Positions 38,569 to 49,717 of a stretch of 64,000 nucleotides of DNA are shown piece by piece. The first letter of the stretch is position 1. The number at the start of each line of letters is the position of its first letter. This DNA comes from Candidatus Poribacteria bacterium. GTDB taxonomy: Bacteria > Poribacteria > WGA-4E > WGA-3G. The stretch spans positions 3,296,001-3,360,000 of the forward strand of contig OZ243938.1 of NCBI GenBank assembly GCA_965214095.1, in the 5' to 3' direction. Under the pieces are notes generated by a model. It searched no databases, had not been told where the DNA came from, and saw only the letters and a list, made by a program, of their open reading frames with translations. Made by a program: the position numbers and the translations under genes.

Positions 38569-38661
38569 GGGGGCATTCAATTTGAAAACAGTCTAACGTC
38601 GTTTTACAGCAACGTTAATATGTTCAGTTGAATCAGAAGCCCCGCGAGGGCTTTTTCTTTT
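38569..38661 (+). promoter_or_regulatory. rpsL leader with terminator/antiterminator
   Basis: AAGCCC-CGCGA-GGGCTT + TTTTTCTTTT; upstream GGGGC can alternatively pair with GCCCC. Confidence 0.6.
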
Positions 38662-38698
38662 GTCTATCCAGTAGTTATTATGGCAGTGAGGAGTGGAG

Positions 38699-39073
38699 AT
38701 GCCGACAATAAATCAGTTAATCAAGAAACCACGTAAGAAATATCGCAAGAAAACGAAATCCCCGATTCTCCAGCAGTGCCCACAACGGAGAGGTATCTGT
38801 CTACAGGTGAAAACGGTAACACCGAACAAACCGAATTCTGCTTTACGGAAAGTTGCCCGTGTCCGATTTACCTCTTCTGCTGATGAAGCAACATGCTATA
38901 TTCCTGGGATTGACCACAATTTACAGGAGCACTCAGTTGTGTTGGTGCGTGGTGGTAGAGTCAAGGATTTGTCAAACGTGCGGTATCACATTGTACGTGG
39001 GAAATTAGATACAGCAGGTGTAGAAAATCGTCGTCAAGGTCGTTCAAAATATGGTGCACGCAAACCCAGTTAA
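38699..39073 (+). CDS. rpsL: 30S ribosomal protein S12
   Basis: [43 protein letters not shown]. Confidence 0.99.
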   Translation: MPTINQLIKKPRKKYRKKTKSPILQQCPQRRGICLQVKTVTPNKPNSALRKVARVRFTSSADEATCYIPGIDHNLQEHSVVLVRGGRVKDLSNVRYHIVRGKLDTAGVENRRQGRSKYGARKPS

Positions 39074-39104
39074 TAATGCTCAAGTTTGTTTGGAGGAGTT
39101 ATAG

Positions 39105-39575
39105 ATGCCGAGACGTGGAAACGTCCCAAAACGGGAAGTCAATCCTGATCCTATTCATAACAGCAAATTGGTTTCAAAATTTATTAACCACATGATGTGG
39201 GATGGGAAAAAAGGCACAGCACAAAATATCGTCTACACCAGTTTCAAGATTATTGAAGAACGAACGAGTGAAGACGGTTTTGAAGTGTTTCGTGAAGCGA
39301 TCAATAAAGTAAAACCAGTGCTTGAAATTCGACCCCGTCGTGTTGGTAGTCAAACGTATCAGGTTCCTGTTGATGTAAAAACAGAACGTAGAACGACATT
39401 AGCAATTAACTGGATTATTGAATCTGCGCGAAGCCGAGGCGAAAAGGGTATGGCTGCTCGGTTAGCAGGAGAACTTATGGATGCTGCAAAAGAAGAAGGT
39501 GCAGCAATAAATAGGAAAAGAGACCAACATCGGATGGCAGAAGCGAATAGAGCATTTGCACACTATAGATGGTAA
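39105..39575 (+). CDS. rpsG: 30S ribosomal protein S7
   Basis: [31 protein letters not shown]. Confidence 0.99.
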   Translation: MPRRGNVPKREVNPDPIHNSKLVSKFINHMMWDGKKGTAQNIVYTSFKIIEERTSEDGFEVFREAINKVKPVLEIRPRRVGSQTYQVPVDVKTERRTTLAINWIIESARSRGEKGMAARLAGELMDAAKEEGAAINRKRDQHRMAEANRAFAHYRW

Positions 39576-39641
39576 TTAAACTAACATTGTACATTTATTA
39601 CGTGGGTTGAATGAGACCTACGAACTGAGAGAATTGAAACT

Positions 39642-41747
39642 ATGGCGGACAGAAATCAGAGGGTGCCACGAAGGTCAACCCTATCGCACACGCGAAACAT
39701 AGGTGTTATGGCGCACATTGATGCGGGTAAAACAACCGTAACTGAACGTATTCTATTCTATACGGGTAGAGTGTATCGCATCGGTGAAGTTGACGAAGGC
39801 ACAACCACAATGGATTGGATGGTGCAGGAACAGGAGCGTGGCATTACGATTACTGCTGCGGCGACTACCTGTAACTGGAAAGAACATCATATCAATATCA
39901 TTGATACACCAGGACATATTGACTTTACTGTTGAAGTTGAACGTTCTTTGAGAGTTCTTGATGGAGCGGTTGCTGTGTTCTGTGCCGTAGGTGGTGTTGA
40001 ACCCCAATCCGAGACAGTATGGCGACAAGCGGATAAATACGAAATCCCTCGCATTGCTTACGTCAATAAGATGGATAGAACGGGTGCTGATTTTTTCCGT
40101 ACCGTTGAAATGATGGAAGAACGTTTAGGCACAACAGCTGTACCTATTCAATTGCCGATTGGTTCCGCTGAACAATTCAGAGGGATCGTAGACCTGATTT
40201 CAATGAAAGGGCAATTGTGGGACGAAAGTAGTCAAGGTGCTGTTATTCATGAAACCGACATTCCACCAGAAATGGAAGAGATGGTGCACGAATATCGGGA
40301 CCAATTGTTTGAAGCTGTTGCTGAATGGGATGAAGAATTATGTGAGAAATACCTTGATGGTGTTGAAATCACACCTGAAGAGATAAAAGCTGGTTTACGC
40401 CAAGCGGTGCTTAGCAGTAAGGTCGTTCCAGTGCTTTGTGGAAGTGCACTAAAGAACAAAGGTGTCCAACCGCTTTTAGATAGCATAATCTCGTATCTTC
40501 CCTCCCCGACAGATGTCAAACCAGTCGTTGGTTTTAACCCAAAAACAGAAGAAGAAGAAACACGTAATTCAGATAAAGATGACCCGTTCTGTGCGTTGGC
40601 ATTTAAAATCACCACTGATCCACACGTTGGAAAACTGACATATCTGCGCGTTTACTCTGGGGTATTGAACAAAGGTGATACTGTTTACAACAGCAAGAGC
40701 GATAAATATGAACGTATTGGTAGGTTGATGCAGATGCATGCGAATAAACGTGAAGAACATCAATCCGTTAGTGCGGGTGACATCGTTGCAGCGATTGGAC
40801 TCAAAGACCTAAGTACTGGCGACACTCTCTGTGATCCGAAAGCGCATATTGCACTGGAAACGATGGTGTTTCCGTTACCTGTTATGTCAATCGCAGTTGA
40901 ACCGCGTTCACAATCAGATATAGACAAATTGAACCTTGCTCTCTCAAAATTGGCTGAAGAAGATCCAACTTTCAAAGTGCATCAAGACCCGGATACAGGA
41001 CAAACACTGCTATCTGGTATGGGTGAGCTTCATTTGGAAATCATCGTGGACAGACTTGTCCGCGAGTTTAATGTTTCAGCAAACGTAGGTTCACCTGAAG
41101 TGGCATATCGTGAAACACTTAAGAAACCGGTCAAAGCTGAAGCCAGATTCGTACGACAATCAGGTGGTAGAGGTCAGTTTGGTCATGTCGTTATTGAAGT
41201 AGCACCACTTGAAAAAGGTTCAGGTTTTGAATTTACTGATGAGACGAGAGGCGGATCGGTCCCACAAGAGTTCGTTCCTGCGGTAAGAAAAGGTATTGAA
41301 AACGCCATGAATGTTGGTACTTTAGCAGGATATCCTGTTGTTGATGTGGGAGTTCGTCTCGTAGATGGATCTCATCATCAGGTTGATTCCTCTGAGATGT
41401 CATTTTCCATTGCTGGTTCGATGGCATTCAAAGAAGCGGCAAAAAAGGCAGGTTCTGTTTTGCTTGAACCGATCATGGGTGTTGAGGTGATCGTACCAGA
41501 TGAGTATCTTGGCAAAGTGATTGGTGATCTCAATTCCCGTCGTGCACATATTAGAGATACGGAAGTGCATACGAAATCTCGGATTCAGGTTGTTCGTGTA
41601 GATGTACCACTTTCTGAAATGTTCGGTTATGTTAAGTCGCTTCGTTCGCTGACACAGGGACGGGCTAACTATACTATGGAGTTTGCACATTATCGGGAAG
41701 TACCAACAAGCGTTGCGGAAGAATTGATTACTAATACAAAATCGTAA
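39642..41747 (+). CDS. fusA: Elongation factor G
   Basis: [33 protein letters not shown]. Confidence 0.99.
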   Translation: MADRNQRVPRRSTLSHTRNIGVMAHIDAGKTTVTERILFYTGRVYRIGEVDEGTTTMDWMVQEQERGITITAAATTCNWKEHHINIIDTPGHIDFTVEVERSLRVLDGAVAVFCAVGGVEPQSETVWRQADKYEIPRIAYVNKMDRTGADFFRTVEMMEERLGTTAVPIQLPIGSAEQFRGIVDLISMKGQLWDESSQGAVIHETDIPPEMEEMVHEYRDQLFEAVAEWDEELCEKYLDGVEITPEEIKAGLRQAVLSSKVVPVLCGSALKNKGVQPLLDSIISYLPSPTDVKPVVGFNPKTEEEETRNSDKDDPFCALAFKITTDPHVGKLTYLRVYSGVLNKGDTVYNSKSDKYERIGRLMQMHANKREEHQSVSAGDIVAAIGLKDLSTGDTLCDPKAHIALETMVFPLPVMSIAVEPRSQSDIDKLNLALSKLAEEDPTFKVHQDPDTGQTLLSGMGELHLEIIVDRLVREFNVSANVGSPEVAYRETLKKPVKAEARFVRQSGGRGQFGHVVIEVAPLEKGSGFEFTDETRGGSVPQEFVPAVRKGIENAMNVGTLAGYPVVDVGVRLVDGSHHQVDSSEMSFSIAGSMAFKEAAKKAGSVLLEPIMGVEVIVPDEYLGKVIGDLNSRRAHIRDTEVHTKSRIQVVRVDVPLSEMFGYVKSLRSLTQGRANYTMEFAHYREVPTSVAEELITNTKS

Positions 41748-42043
41748 AACAGATAACATAAAGATGTTTCAACCTGCTTGAAGCAATATAGATCGGCAAT
41801 ATTAGAAAATTGCTTTCAAGCAAACATTCGTCAATACAGAGAAGAAAAGATATTTTATCTCAGCAAATAATAGATGACATGCCGAAGCGAACTATCATTC
41901 GGCAGTATATGCAAGTTCGAAGAGATTCGGACAATTTGAAACACGTTGTGCGCCTACTTTGTGCGCTGGTGAGAACATAGCAACCAAGGTTAATTGATAC
42001 AAAAACCTTATATTTAAACCTATAATTTGGAGTTTGGACAGAA

Positions 42044-43243
42044 ATGGCAAAGCAAGCATTTGAGAGGACAAAGCCACACGTTAATATTGGAACTATCGGC
42101 CACGTTGACCATGGTAAAACGACGCTGACAGCAGCGATAACTATGGTTTTATCTAAACTCGCTGACAAAGACTATGTGATGACCTATGAGGACATTGACA
42201 AAGCACCCGAGGAAAAAGAACGTGGCATAACAATTAACACAGCACACGTTGAATACGAGACAGATAACCGACACTACGCTCACGTTGACTGTCCTGGGCA
42301 CGCTGACTATATCAAGAATATGATTACCGGTGCTGCACAGATGGATGGTGCCATTCTGGTTGTTTCCGCAGCAGATGGTCCAATGCCACAGACACGTGAA
42401 CACGTACTTCTTGCGCGACAGGTAAACGTACCTTCCTTGGTTGTCTTTCTTAATAAGGCAGACATGGTTGATGACGAAGAACTGCTTGAACTCGTTGAAT
42501 TGGAAGTTCGCGAATTATTAGATGAGTACGAATTTCCTGGAGACGACACACCCATAATTGCAGGTTCCGCTTTGGAAGCGATGGAGTCTGCTGGTGACCC
42601 AAACAGTGATGCCTGTAAACCGATTCTTGATTTGATGTCATCTGTTGATGACTTTATTCCGGAACCGGTTCGTGATACTGAAAAACCTTTCTTGATGCCG
42701 ATTGAAGATATCTTTACTATCAGTGGTCGTGGCACTGTTGTTACAGGCCGTGTTGAACGCGGTATCATTGAAGTCAATAATACGATAGAAATCGTAGGAC
42801 TTCGGGAAACACAGGAAACGGTTGTTACTGGTGTGGAAATGTTCAATAAGTTTCTTGATGAAGGTAGAGCAGGTGACAACATCGGAGCACTGCTTCGTGG
42901 TGTTGATCGAGATGATGTTGAACGTGGACAGGTATTGGCAATTCCCGGAACGGTTACACCCCATACTAAGTTTGAAGCGGAAGCCTATATCTTAACAAAA
43001 GAGGAAGGTGGACGTTGGAATCCGTTCTTTAGTGGGTATCGTCCGCAGTTCTATTTCAGGACAACAGATGTCACAGGTGAAATGCATCTCGCTGAAGGTA
43101 TTGAAATGATTATGCCGGGTGACAATGCCCAGATTAGCGTACAACTTTCTAAACCAATCGCAATGGAAGAGCAACTCCGATTTGCTATCCGTGAAGGTGG
43201 ACACACTATCGGAGCAGGTGTTGTCTCAAAAATTCTTGAGTAA
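42044..43243 (+). CDS. tuf: Elongation factor Tu
   Basis: [37 protein letters not shown]. Confidence 0.99.
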   Translation: MAKQAFERTKPHVNIGTIGHVDHGKTTLTAAITMVLSKLADKDYVMTYEDIDKAPEEKERGITINTAHVEYETDNRHYAHVDCPGHADYIKNMITGAAQMDGAILVVSAADGPMPQTREHVLLARQVNVPSLVVFLNKADMVDDEELLELVELEVRELLDEYEFPGDDTPIIAGSALEAMESAGDPNSDACKPILDLMSSVDDFIPEPVRDTEKPFLMPIEDIFTISGRGTVVTGRVERGIIEVNNTIEIVGLRETQETVVTGVEMFNKFLDEGRAGDNIGALLRGVDRDDVERGQVLAIPGTVTPHTKFEAEAYILTKEEGGRWNPFFSGYRPQFYFRTTDVTGEMHLAEGIEMIMPGDNAQISVQLSKPIAMEEQLRFAIREGGHTIGAGVVSKILE

Positions 43244-43438
43244 CGAGGAAGTCTTTATAGGTACAGTTCCTCAGTTCACTTAGCAAACATTGTGTTTCTG
43301 TATCTCGTCGGAGCGTTCATGACTGACGACTGAATTGTTGATAAGTCTGAATTGCTTCGGCAGATACGTGATAATAGTAGCAGAGCGAAACATGAGGAAA
43401 TACCCGTTACTTTAAGATAAAGGAACTAAGACTAAGAG

Positions 43439-43750
43439 ATGAACAATCAGAAAATACGGATTAGACTCAAAGCGTTTGATCATCGTTTACTTGACCAGTC
43501 TGCCCAGCAAATTGCGTCTATTGCTAAACGCACTCAAGCGAGAGTCTCGGGACCGATTCCATTGCCGACAAAGAAGCATATCTATACCGTGCAGCGTTCT
43601 ACATTTACTGACAAAAAGTCACGGGAGCAATTTGAAATGCGTATCCACAAACGGTTACTGGATATTCTTGAGACAGCACCTAAGACAGTTCATGCGCTCA
43701 TGCAGCTTGACCTACCCGCTGGGGTTGATGTCAAAATAACGCTACTGTAG
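43439..43750 (+). CDS. rpsJ: 30S ribosomal protein S10
   Basis: [27 protein letters not shown]. Confidence 0.99.
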   Translation: MNNQKIRIRLKAFDHRLLDQSAQQIASIAKRTQARVSGPIPLPTKKHIYTVQRSTFTDKKSREQFEMRIHKRLLDILETAPKTVHALMQLDLPAGVDVKITLL

Positions 43751-43762
43751 CGGAGGTAGGAA

Positions 43763-44419
43763 ATGGTTACTGGTATTATTGGTAGAAAAGTCGGTATGAC
43801 ACAAATCTATGAAGAGTCTGGAAAAGCAATTCCCGTTACTGTAATAGAAGCTGGTCCTTGTCCAATCGTCCAGTTGAAAACCCAAGAACGTGATGGCTAT
43901 CAAGCAGTTCAATTAGGTTTTGGTAACCGTAAAGAAAACAAATTTAATAGTCCAGAGCGCGGACATTTTGCTAAAGCAGATGTGCAACCTACACGAGTCC
44001 TCCGTGAATTTCGTGTAGACAGTCTTGATGAAGTAACAGTCGGTGATACTGTTGATGCCAGCCTGTTTTCTGAAGGTGAACGTGTTGATGTAACAGGTAC
44101 ATCTAAAGGCCATGGGTTCACAGGTGTTGTAAAACGGTGGGGATTCAAAGGTGGTAGGAAGAGTCACGGCGGTGAACAGGACCTACGTCGTCCTGGTGCT
44201 ATCGGGGCAAGTGCAACACCCTCCCGCGTTTTCAAAGGTAAGAAAATGCCAGGACGTTACGGTGCGAAACGACATACCGTCCAAAATCTACAAGTCATCC
44301 AAGCGGACGCTGAGCGAAATTTGTTAGTTGTAAGAGGCTCAATCCCAGGCCCCCCTAATGGTCTCCTTCTCATTAAAAAGGCAGTAAAAGTATCTAAAGG
44401 AGACAAAACAGAAAGTTAA
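43763..44419 (+). CDS. rplC: 50S ribosomal protein L3
   Basis: GRKVGMTQ, DGYQAVQLG, SKGHGFTG. Confidence 0.99.
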   Translation: MVTGIIGRKVGMTQIYEESGKAIPVTVIEAGPCPIVQLKTQERDGYQAVQLGFGNRKENKFNSPERGHFAKADVQPTRVLREFRVDSLDEVTVGDTVDASLFSEGERVDVTGTSKGHGFTGVVKRWGFKGGRKSHGGEQDLRRPGAIGASATPSRVFKGKKMPGRYGAKRHTVQNLQVIQADAERNLLVVRGSIPGPPNGLLLIKKAVKVSKGDKTES

Positions 44420-44514
44420 CTTGGTAGAACATATTCCATTAAAAACCCCGGCACCTATGTAAGGATCGCAGGGGTAATTCATGCCGAGTACATCGGAAAG
44501 AAGATAAAAGAGTT

Positions 44515-45150
44515 ATGGCAACATTAAATGTACACAATCGTTCAGGAGAAGTCCTTCGAGAGAAAAGCATCGCTGATTCATTTACACATGCAGTGGTAAA
44601 CACAGATGTTGTTCACCAATGTGTTGTGGCGTATCTGGCAAATCAGAGAAGCGGAACTGCATCTACGAAGAGTCGTAGTGAAGTGAGAGGTAGTGGTAGG
44701 AAATTATACCGTCAAAAAGGAACTGGTAGAGCGCGTGTAGGTGATGCTAGATCTCCTATTCGTGTGCATGGCGGTGTCGCATTTGGACCAAAACCTCGTA
44801 GTTACCGTCAAAACACACCGAAGCAAGTCCGAAAACTCGGATTAAAAAGTGCTATTGCTGATCGTTTTCAAAATGACCAGTGTATTCTCATTGAAGATTT
44901 TACGTTAGAACGTCCGCGAACAAAGGATATGGTGTCTGTCTTGAATGCACTGAATTTGGAAGGAAAAGTGTTGTTTATTCTTGACGAGCACAATCCGAAT
45001 ATTCATCTGTCCTTACGGAATATACCGCAAACTAATTGCTGTACTTGGGATTTACTCAATATATACCAAGTGATGTGGCATGACAAACTTGTGATAACCG
45101 AACGTGCTGCAGAAAAATTGGAAGCGAAATTTGTAGAATCAGAAGGTTAG
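44515..45150 (+). CDS. rplD: 50S ribosomal protein L4
   Basis: RQKGTGRAR, GGVAFGPKPR. Confidence 0.99.
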   Translation: MATLNVHNRSGEVLREKSIADSFTHAVVNTDVVHQCVVAYLANQRSGTASTKSRSEVRGSGRKLYRQKGTGRARVGDARSPIRVHGGVAFGPKPRSYRQNTPKQVRKLGLKSAIADRFQNDQCILIEDFTLERPRTKDMVSVLNALNLEGKVLFILDEHNPNIHLSLRNIPQTNCCTWDLLNIYQVMWHDKLVITERAAEKLEAKFVESEG

Positions 45151-45154
45151 TTTT

Positions 45155-45454
45155 ATGAAAGACAATTACCAAATTATTTTGAGACCACATATCACAGAAA
45201 AAAGCACACTTCTCCGCGAAAATAATAAATACTGTTTTGTTGTGAACCGACAGGCGAACAAAACAGAAATTAAACAGGCTGCTGAGGAGTTATTCGACAT
45301 CAAGGGGAGCGTCATTGATGTTCATACTATGCGGGTGAAAGGAAAAGTCAAAGGTAGAATGAATCGATATCAACGTGGAAGACGTCCCCATTGGAAGAAG
45401 GCTATTATTACAGTGGTAGATGGAACTCGTATCCCAGTCTTTGAGAGTATCTAA
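45155..45454 (+). CDS. rplW: 50S ribosomal protein L23
   Basis: PHITEKS, ANKTEIK, WKKAII. Confidence 0.98.
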   Translation: MKDNYQIILRPHITEKSTLLRENNKYCFVVNRQANKTEIKQAAEELFDIKGSVIDVHTMRVKGKVKGRMNRYQRGRRPHWKKAIITVVDGTRIPVFESI

Positions 45455-45503
45455 ATTTGTAAACTGTTTCATTAACAAGCAAGTATAACGAGAGGATTTG
45501 AGA

Positions 45504-46319
45504 GTGGCAAAAACATATAAACCCGTCACACCGAGTCGTCGGTTCATGACCGGATATACCTTTGAAGAGATAACCCGTCAAAAACCGGAAAAATCACTTG
45601 TCAAAGGTGCAAAGAAAAATGCTGGAAGAAATAACAAAGGTCGTATGACAGTCCGTAGGCGAGGCGGTGGACATAAGCGTCGTTATCGGGTTATTGATTT
45701 CAAGCGAGATAAATTTGATATTCCCGCAAAGGTTGCTACAATTGAGTATGATCCAAACCGTTCTGCCCATATCGCTCTGCTGCACTATGCCGATGGAGAG
45801 AAACGCTATATTATTGCCCCTCTCGGTATAAAAGTCGGTGATACTGTTACATCTGGGCCAAATTCAGAGATCAAAGTCGGAAATGCATTACCTCTTGAGA
45901 ATATTCCGTTAGGTTCTTCAATTCATAACATAGAAATGCAACCTGGTAAAGGTGGACAACTTGTTCGCAGTGCTGGTGGGGCAGCGCAATTAGTTGATCG
46001 TGAAGGTAAATATGCACGAATCCGTCTACCCTCTAGTGAAATACGACTTGTTCCCGTAAAATCAATGGCTACCATCGGACAGGTTGGCAATGTAACCACT
46101 ATCACAATTGGGAAAGCAGGCCGATCCAGATGGTTAGGTAAACGTCCTAAAGTGCGTGGTGTTGCTATGAATCCGGTCGATCATCCACACGGCGGTGGTG
46201 AAGGAAAAAGTTCCGGTGGAAGACATCCTGTTACACCTTGGGGTGTGCCGACAAAAGGATATAAAACACGAAATCGTAAGAAGAAATCAAGTCAGTATAT
46301 TTTTGGAAAACGTAAATAA
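45504..46319 (+). CDS. rplB: 50S ribosomal protein L2
   Basis: [26 protein letters not shown]; GTG 45504 fits the SD spacing better than TTG 45498. Confidence 0.98.
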   Translation: MAKTYKPVTPSRRFMTGYTFEEITRQKPEKSLVKGAKKNAGRNNKGRMTVRRRGGGHKRRYRVIDFKRDKFDIPAKVATIEYDPNRSAHIALLHYADGEKRYIIAPLGIKVGDTVTSGPNSEIKVGNALPLENIPLGSSIHNIEMQPGKGGQLVRSAGGAAQLVDREGKYARIRLPSSEIRLVPVKSMATIGQVGNVTTITIGKAGRSRWLGKRPKVRGVAMNPVDHPHGGGEGKSSGGRHPVTPWGVPTKGYKTRNRKKKSSQYIFGKRK

Positions 46320-46351
46320 TTGAAACACAATTTGTCTAAAGGAGACTTCTG

Positions 46352-46621
46352 ATGGCGCGTTCTATTAAAAAAGGACCTTATGTAGACGCTAAACTTGCGA
46401 AGCATATAGCAGAAATGGAACAATCCGGTAGTAAACGTGTCATTCGCACTTGGGCACGAAGTTCTACCATCACACCAGAATTTGTTGGACATACCGTCGC
46501 GATTCATAATGGTAAAAAGTTCTTTCCAGTTTATATCACAGAAAATATGGTAGGTCATAAACTTGGGGAATTCGCACCGACTCGCACTTTCCGGTCACAC
46601 GCAGGCGGTCAAAGAAGGTAA
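46352..46621 (+). CDS. rpsS: 30S ribosomal protein S19
   Basis: [20 protein letters not shown]. Confidence 0.99.
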   Translation: MARSIKKGPYVDAKLAKHIAEMEQSGSKRVIRTWARSSTITPEFVGHTVAIHNGKKFFPVYITENMVGHKLGEFAPTRTFRSHAGGQRR

Positions 46622-46754
46622 CTTGGTTCATAATTGTATATTCAGGTATAGTGCATCTCTGATGACTGCACTTAAAGAAATAATTTGTAGTTAAGAAAAA
46701 TATAAAGCAAGATAATGTGCACCAGTTGTGCATTCGTTTTGTTAGGAGAAACTG

Positions 46755-47108
46755 ATGGAAGGAAGGGCAAAGATTCGGAACGTTTCGGTTGCACCGCGCA
46801 AAGCGCGCCTTGTCGCCGACTTAGTTAGGAATCAGTATGTTGATGATGCGCTGAATCAACTGCTCTTTACACATAAAGCGGCAGCACCTATTATCTATAA
46901 GTTGATAAAATCCGCAGCAGCAAATGTCCAATTTCAAGAGCCAAATGTGGATGCCGCTAATTTGTACGTCAAAGAGATTCGTGTTGATGAAGGAATTACA
47001 CGAAAATGGATACGTCCCCGAGCACGGGGTATGGCAAATCGCATCTTAAAAAGGCAAAGTCATATTACTGTTGTTGTGGATGAGGAGAGCAACGATGATA
47101 TTGAGTAA
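46755..47108 (+). CDS. rplV: 50S ribosomal protein L22
   Basis: PRKARLVADL, SAAAN, PRARG, SHIT. Confidence 0.98.
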   Translation: MEGRAKIRNVSVAPRKARLVADLVRNQYVDDALNQLLFTHKAAAPIIYKLIKSAAANVQFQEPNVDAANLYVKEIRVDEGITRKWIRPRARGMANRILKRQSHITVVVDEESNDDIE

Positions 47109-47169
47109 ACGAAGTCGTCTCTGCCTCCAAAACCACCACAGACGGGATAGTGTCTAACAGGAGGTTTGT

Positions 47170-47982
47170 GTGGGACAAAAAACACATCCACGAGGGTTAC
47201 GGTTAGGAATAATCGAAACTTGGGATTCAAAGTGGTATAGTGATCGAGATTATGCGAAATGGCTGCATGAAGACCTTGCAATTCAGAAACATATTAAAGA
47301 GCAGTTATTGCGAGCGGGAATCTCACGTATTGAAGTTGAACGTGTGGCAGAAAAGTGCACTATCAATATTCATACTGCTAGACCTGGGATTGTCATTGGA
47401 CGACGTGGTGTAGAAAGAGAAAAGTTGCAGACAGAGCTTGGCAAACTCATTGATCGTCCGGTAAAAATAAACGTCACTGAGATTAAAGTACCAGAACTTG
47501 ATGCACAACTTCTCGCTGAAGCCGTTGCAATGCAAATTGAACGGCGAACAAGTTTTAAACAAGCGATGAGACGCAACATCGCTGATTCAATGCAAGCGGG
47601 CGCACAAGGTGTTAAAGTTATGGTCAGCGGTAGACTTGATGGAAAAGAGATCGCAAGGACCGAATCCAGTTTGGAAGGACGCGTGCCGTTGCATACACTC
47701 AGGGCAAATGTTGACTACGGTTTCACTGAAGCAAATACAACCTATGGAAAAATTGGTGTCAAAAGTTGGATTTTCAAAGGTGAAATCCTCGGTGTACCAG
47801 AAGCCTTAAGTGGGGATGCGAGTGTCCGACGCCAACAGAGCACGAGACGCACAGATACAAGAAGTTCACGTTCTGGCAGCCGACAATCAGGAAACCGTTC
47901 TTCAAGCAGCAGACAACGAAATCAGGGACGTAACAACAGACGTAGACAACAAAGGAATGACCCAAAGTCAAGAGATAACTAG
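47170..47982 (+). CDS. rpsC: 30S ribosomal protein S3 with Arg/Ser/Gln-rich tail
   Basis: GQKTHP.GLRLG, PGIVIGRRG, GRVPLHTLRA. Confidence 0.98.
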   Translation: MGQKTHPRGLRLGIIETWDSKWYSDRDYAKWLHEDLAIQKHIKEQLLRAGISRIEVERVAEKCTINIHTARPGIVIGRRGVEREKLQTELGKLIDRPVKINVTEIKVPELDAQLLAEAVAMQIERRTSFKQAMRRNIADSMQAGAQGVKVMVSGRLDGKEIARTESSLEGRVPLHTLRANVDYGFTEANTTYGKIGVKSWIFKGEILGVPEALSGDASVRRQQSTRRTDTRSSRSGSRQSGNRSSSSRQRNQGRNNRRRQQRNDPKSRDN

Positions 47983-48036
47983 TTGGTAGTGTGCTTTTGT
48001 CTGGACATTCCAGAAATGATTTGAGGAGTAGTTCAA

Positions 48037-48450
48037 ATGTTAATGCCGAAACGTGTGATGCACCGCAAGGTTCATCGTGGGAAACGTCGAGGAAAACCCC
48101 GCAGAGGTTCACAGATTAGCTTCGGTGAATACGGTTTACAAGCCATGGAAGCTGGGTGGATAACAAGCAACCAAATTGAATCCGGTAGGGTTGCTATCAC
48201 GCGTGCTGTGCGTCGTGGTGGGAAATTATGGATAAAGATATTTCCACACAAACCTATCACTAAAAAACCCGCTGAAACCCGAATGGGTGGTGGAAAAGGT
48301 GCGCCAGAATTTTGGGTTGCTGTCGTTAAGCCCGGTAGAATTATGTATGAATTAAGTGGTGTTTCCCGTGAAGTCGCGAAAGAAGCTATGGAACGTGCGG
48401 CACACAAATTTCCAATTAAGACGAAATTCGTTGCACGCAATGAGGTATAG
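48037..48450 (+). CDS. rplP: 50S ribosomal protein L16
   Basis: [21 protein letters not shown]. Confidence 0.99.
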   Translation: MLMPKRVMHRKVHRGKRRGKPRRGSQISFGEYGLQAMEAGWITSNQIESGRVAITRAVRRGGKLWIKIFPHKPITKKPAETRMGGGKGAPEFWVAVVKPGRIMYELSGVSREVAKEAMERAAHKFPIKTKFVARNEV

Positions 48451-48452
48451 TT

Positions 48453-48653
48453 ATGAAAGCTCACGAGTTACGAACCCGATCTACTGAAGATTTGGAAAAC
48501 GAATTAGAGAATCTTAAAGAAAACTTATTCAACCAAAGGTCCAGAAGTATTTTAGGACAGTTGGAAGACTCAACGCTTATCGGTAAGATTCGCAAAGACA
48601 TTGCACGTGTTAAAACTGAGCTGCGCGCACGCGAGTTAAACCCTCAGGAGTAG
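48453..48653 (+). CDS. rpmC: 50S ribosomal protein L29
   Basis: MKAHELR, RKDIARVKT; operon position. Confidence 0.97.
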   Translation: MKAHELRTRSTEDLENELENLKENLFNQRSRSILGQLEDSTLIGKIRKDIARVKTELRARELNPQE

Positions 48654-48736
48654 GCACTGTGCAAGGAATGACTATTCAGTAGGATGTGCCTTCTTGAACG
48701 GTTACAATTACTGATGGTCTTTGAAAAAGGATAAAA

Positions 48737-49009
48737 TTGAACGTGGAAAAAATAAGACACCGAAAAATTCGAACGGGTACCGTTGTCAGTAATCGCATGG
48801 ATAAAACTGTCAGCGTGGCGATAGTTCGGAGTTTTCAACATCCGCTTTACAAAAAAGTTATCCGTTCAACAAAAAAGATTTTAGCACATGATGAACAGAA
48901 TAATTGTAAAGTTGGCGATGTTATACAGGTGATTGAAACCCGTCCCATCAGCAAACGTAAACGATGGCGGGTACAATCTGTAATAACAGCAGTACAGACT
49001 GCTGATTAA
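48737..49009 (+). CDS. rpsQ: 30S ribosomal protein S17
   Basis: [24 protein letters not shown]. Confidence 0.98.
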   Translation: MNVEKIRHRKIRTGTVVSNRMDKTVSVAIVRSFQHPLYKKVIRSTKKILAHDEQNNCKVGDVIQVIETRPISKRKRWRVQSVITAVQTAD

Positions 49010-49028
49010 TTGGAAGGAAGGTACGGCG

Positions 49029-49397
49029 ATGGTTCAGAATTATACGCGATTAACCTGCGCCGATAATACGGGTGCAAGAAATTTGATGTGCATCAGTGTA
49101 CTTGGTGGAACCCGACGACGTTATGCACGGGTCGGTGACATTATTGTAGCCAGTATTAAAGAAGCAACACCGAATACGCAAGTTAAAGCAGGTGAAGTTG
49201 TACGCGCTGTTGTTGTTCGAACTGCCAAAGAGTATCGTCGTCCAGACGGGTCTTACATTAAGTTCGATCAGAATGCTGCTGTTCTGGTTACAGAGGAAAA
49301 TGAACCACGGGGAACACGCATTTTTGGACCGGTTGCTCGTGAACTACGAGAAAAATCGTTCACCAGAATTGTATCATTAGCCCCTGAAGTGATTTAG
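49029..49397 (+). CDS. rplN: 50S ribosomal protein L14
   Basis: [25 protein letters not shown]. Confidence 0.99.
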   Translation: MVQNYTRLTCADNTGARNLMCISVLGGTRRRYARVGDIIVASIKEATPNTQVKAGEVVRAVVVRTAKEYRRPDGSYIKFDQNAAVLVTEENEPRGTRIFGPVARELREKSFTRIVSLAPEVI

Positions 49398-49404
49398 GAG
49401 TTTT

Positions 49405-49641
49405 ATGATGGCACAGAAAAAGATACATATCAAAAAAGATGACTTGGTGTTGGTTTTGAGTGGTCAAGACCGCGGCAAACAAGGCGTTGTGTTAGAAGTA
49501 TTTCCAAAGAAAAATAGGGCTGTTGTTGAAGGCATCAATTTTATTACATGTCATTTGCGACCCAATCAAATGGGCCAAGGTGGCATCGTTGAAAGAGAAG
49601 GCACCATACACATCTCTAACTTGAAAAAGATCGATGGATAG
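49405..49641 (+). CDS. rplX: 50S ribosomal protein L24 (short form)
   Basis: IKKDD.V.VLSG.DRGKQG, IHISN; stops after 78 aa. Confidence 0.95.
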   Translation: MMAQKKIHIKKDDLVLVLSGQDRGKQGVVLEVFPKKNRAVVEGINFITCHLRPNQMGQGGIVEREGTIHISNLKKIDG

Positions 49642-49717
49642 AACAGTAACACATGCTCAATTCGGTTCAAGAATATTAAATTATAACTCAATTATCAGGC
49701 AATAGGATCATAGGCTA

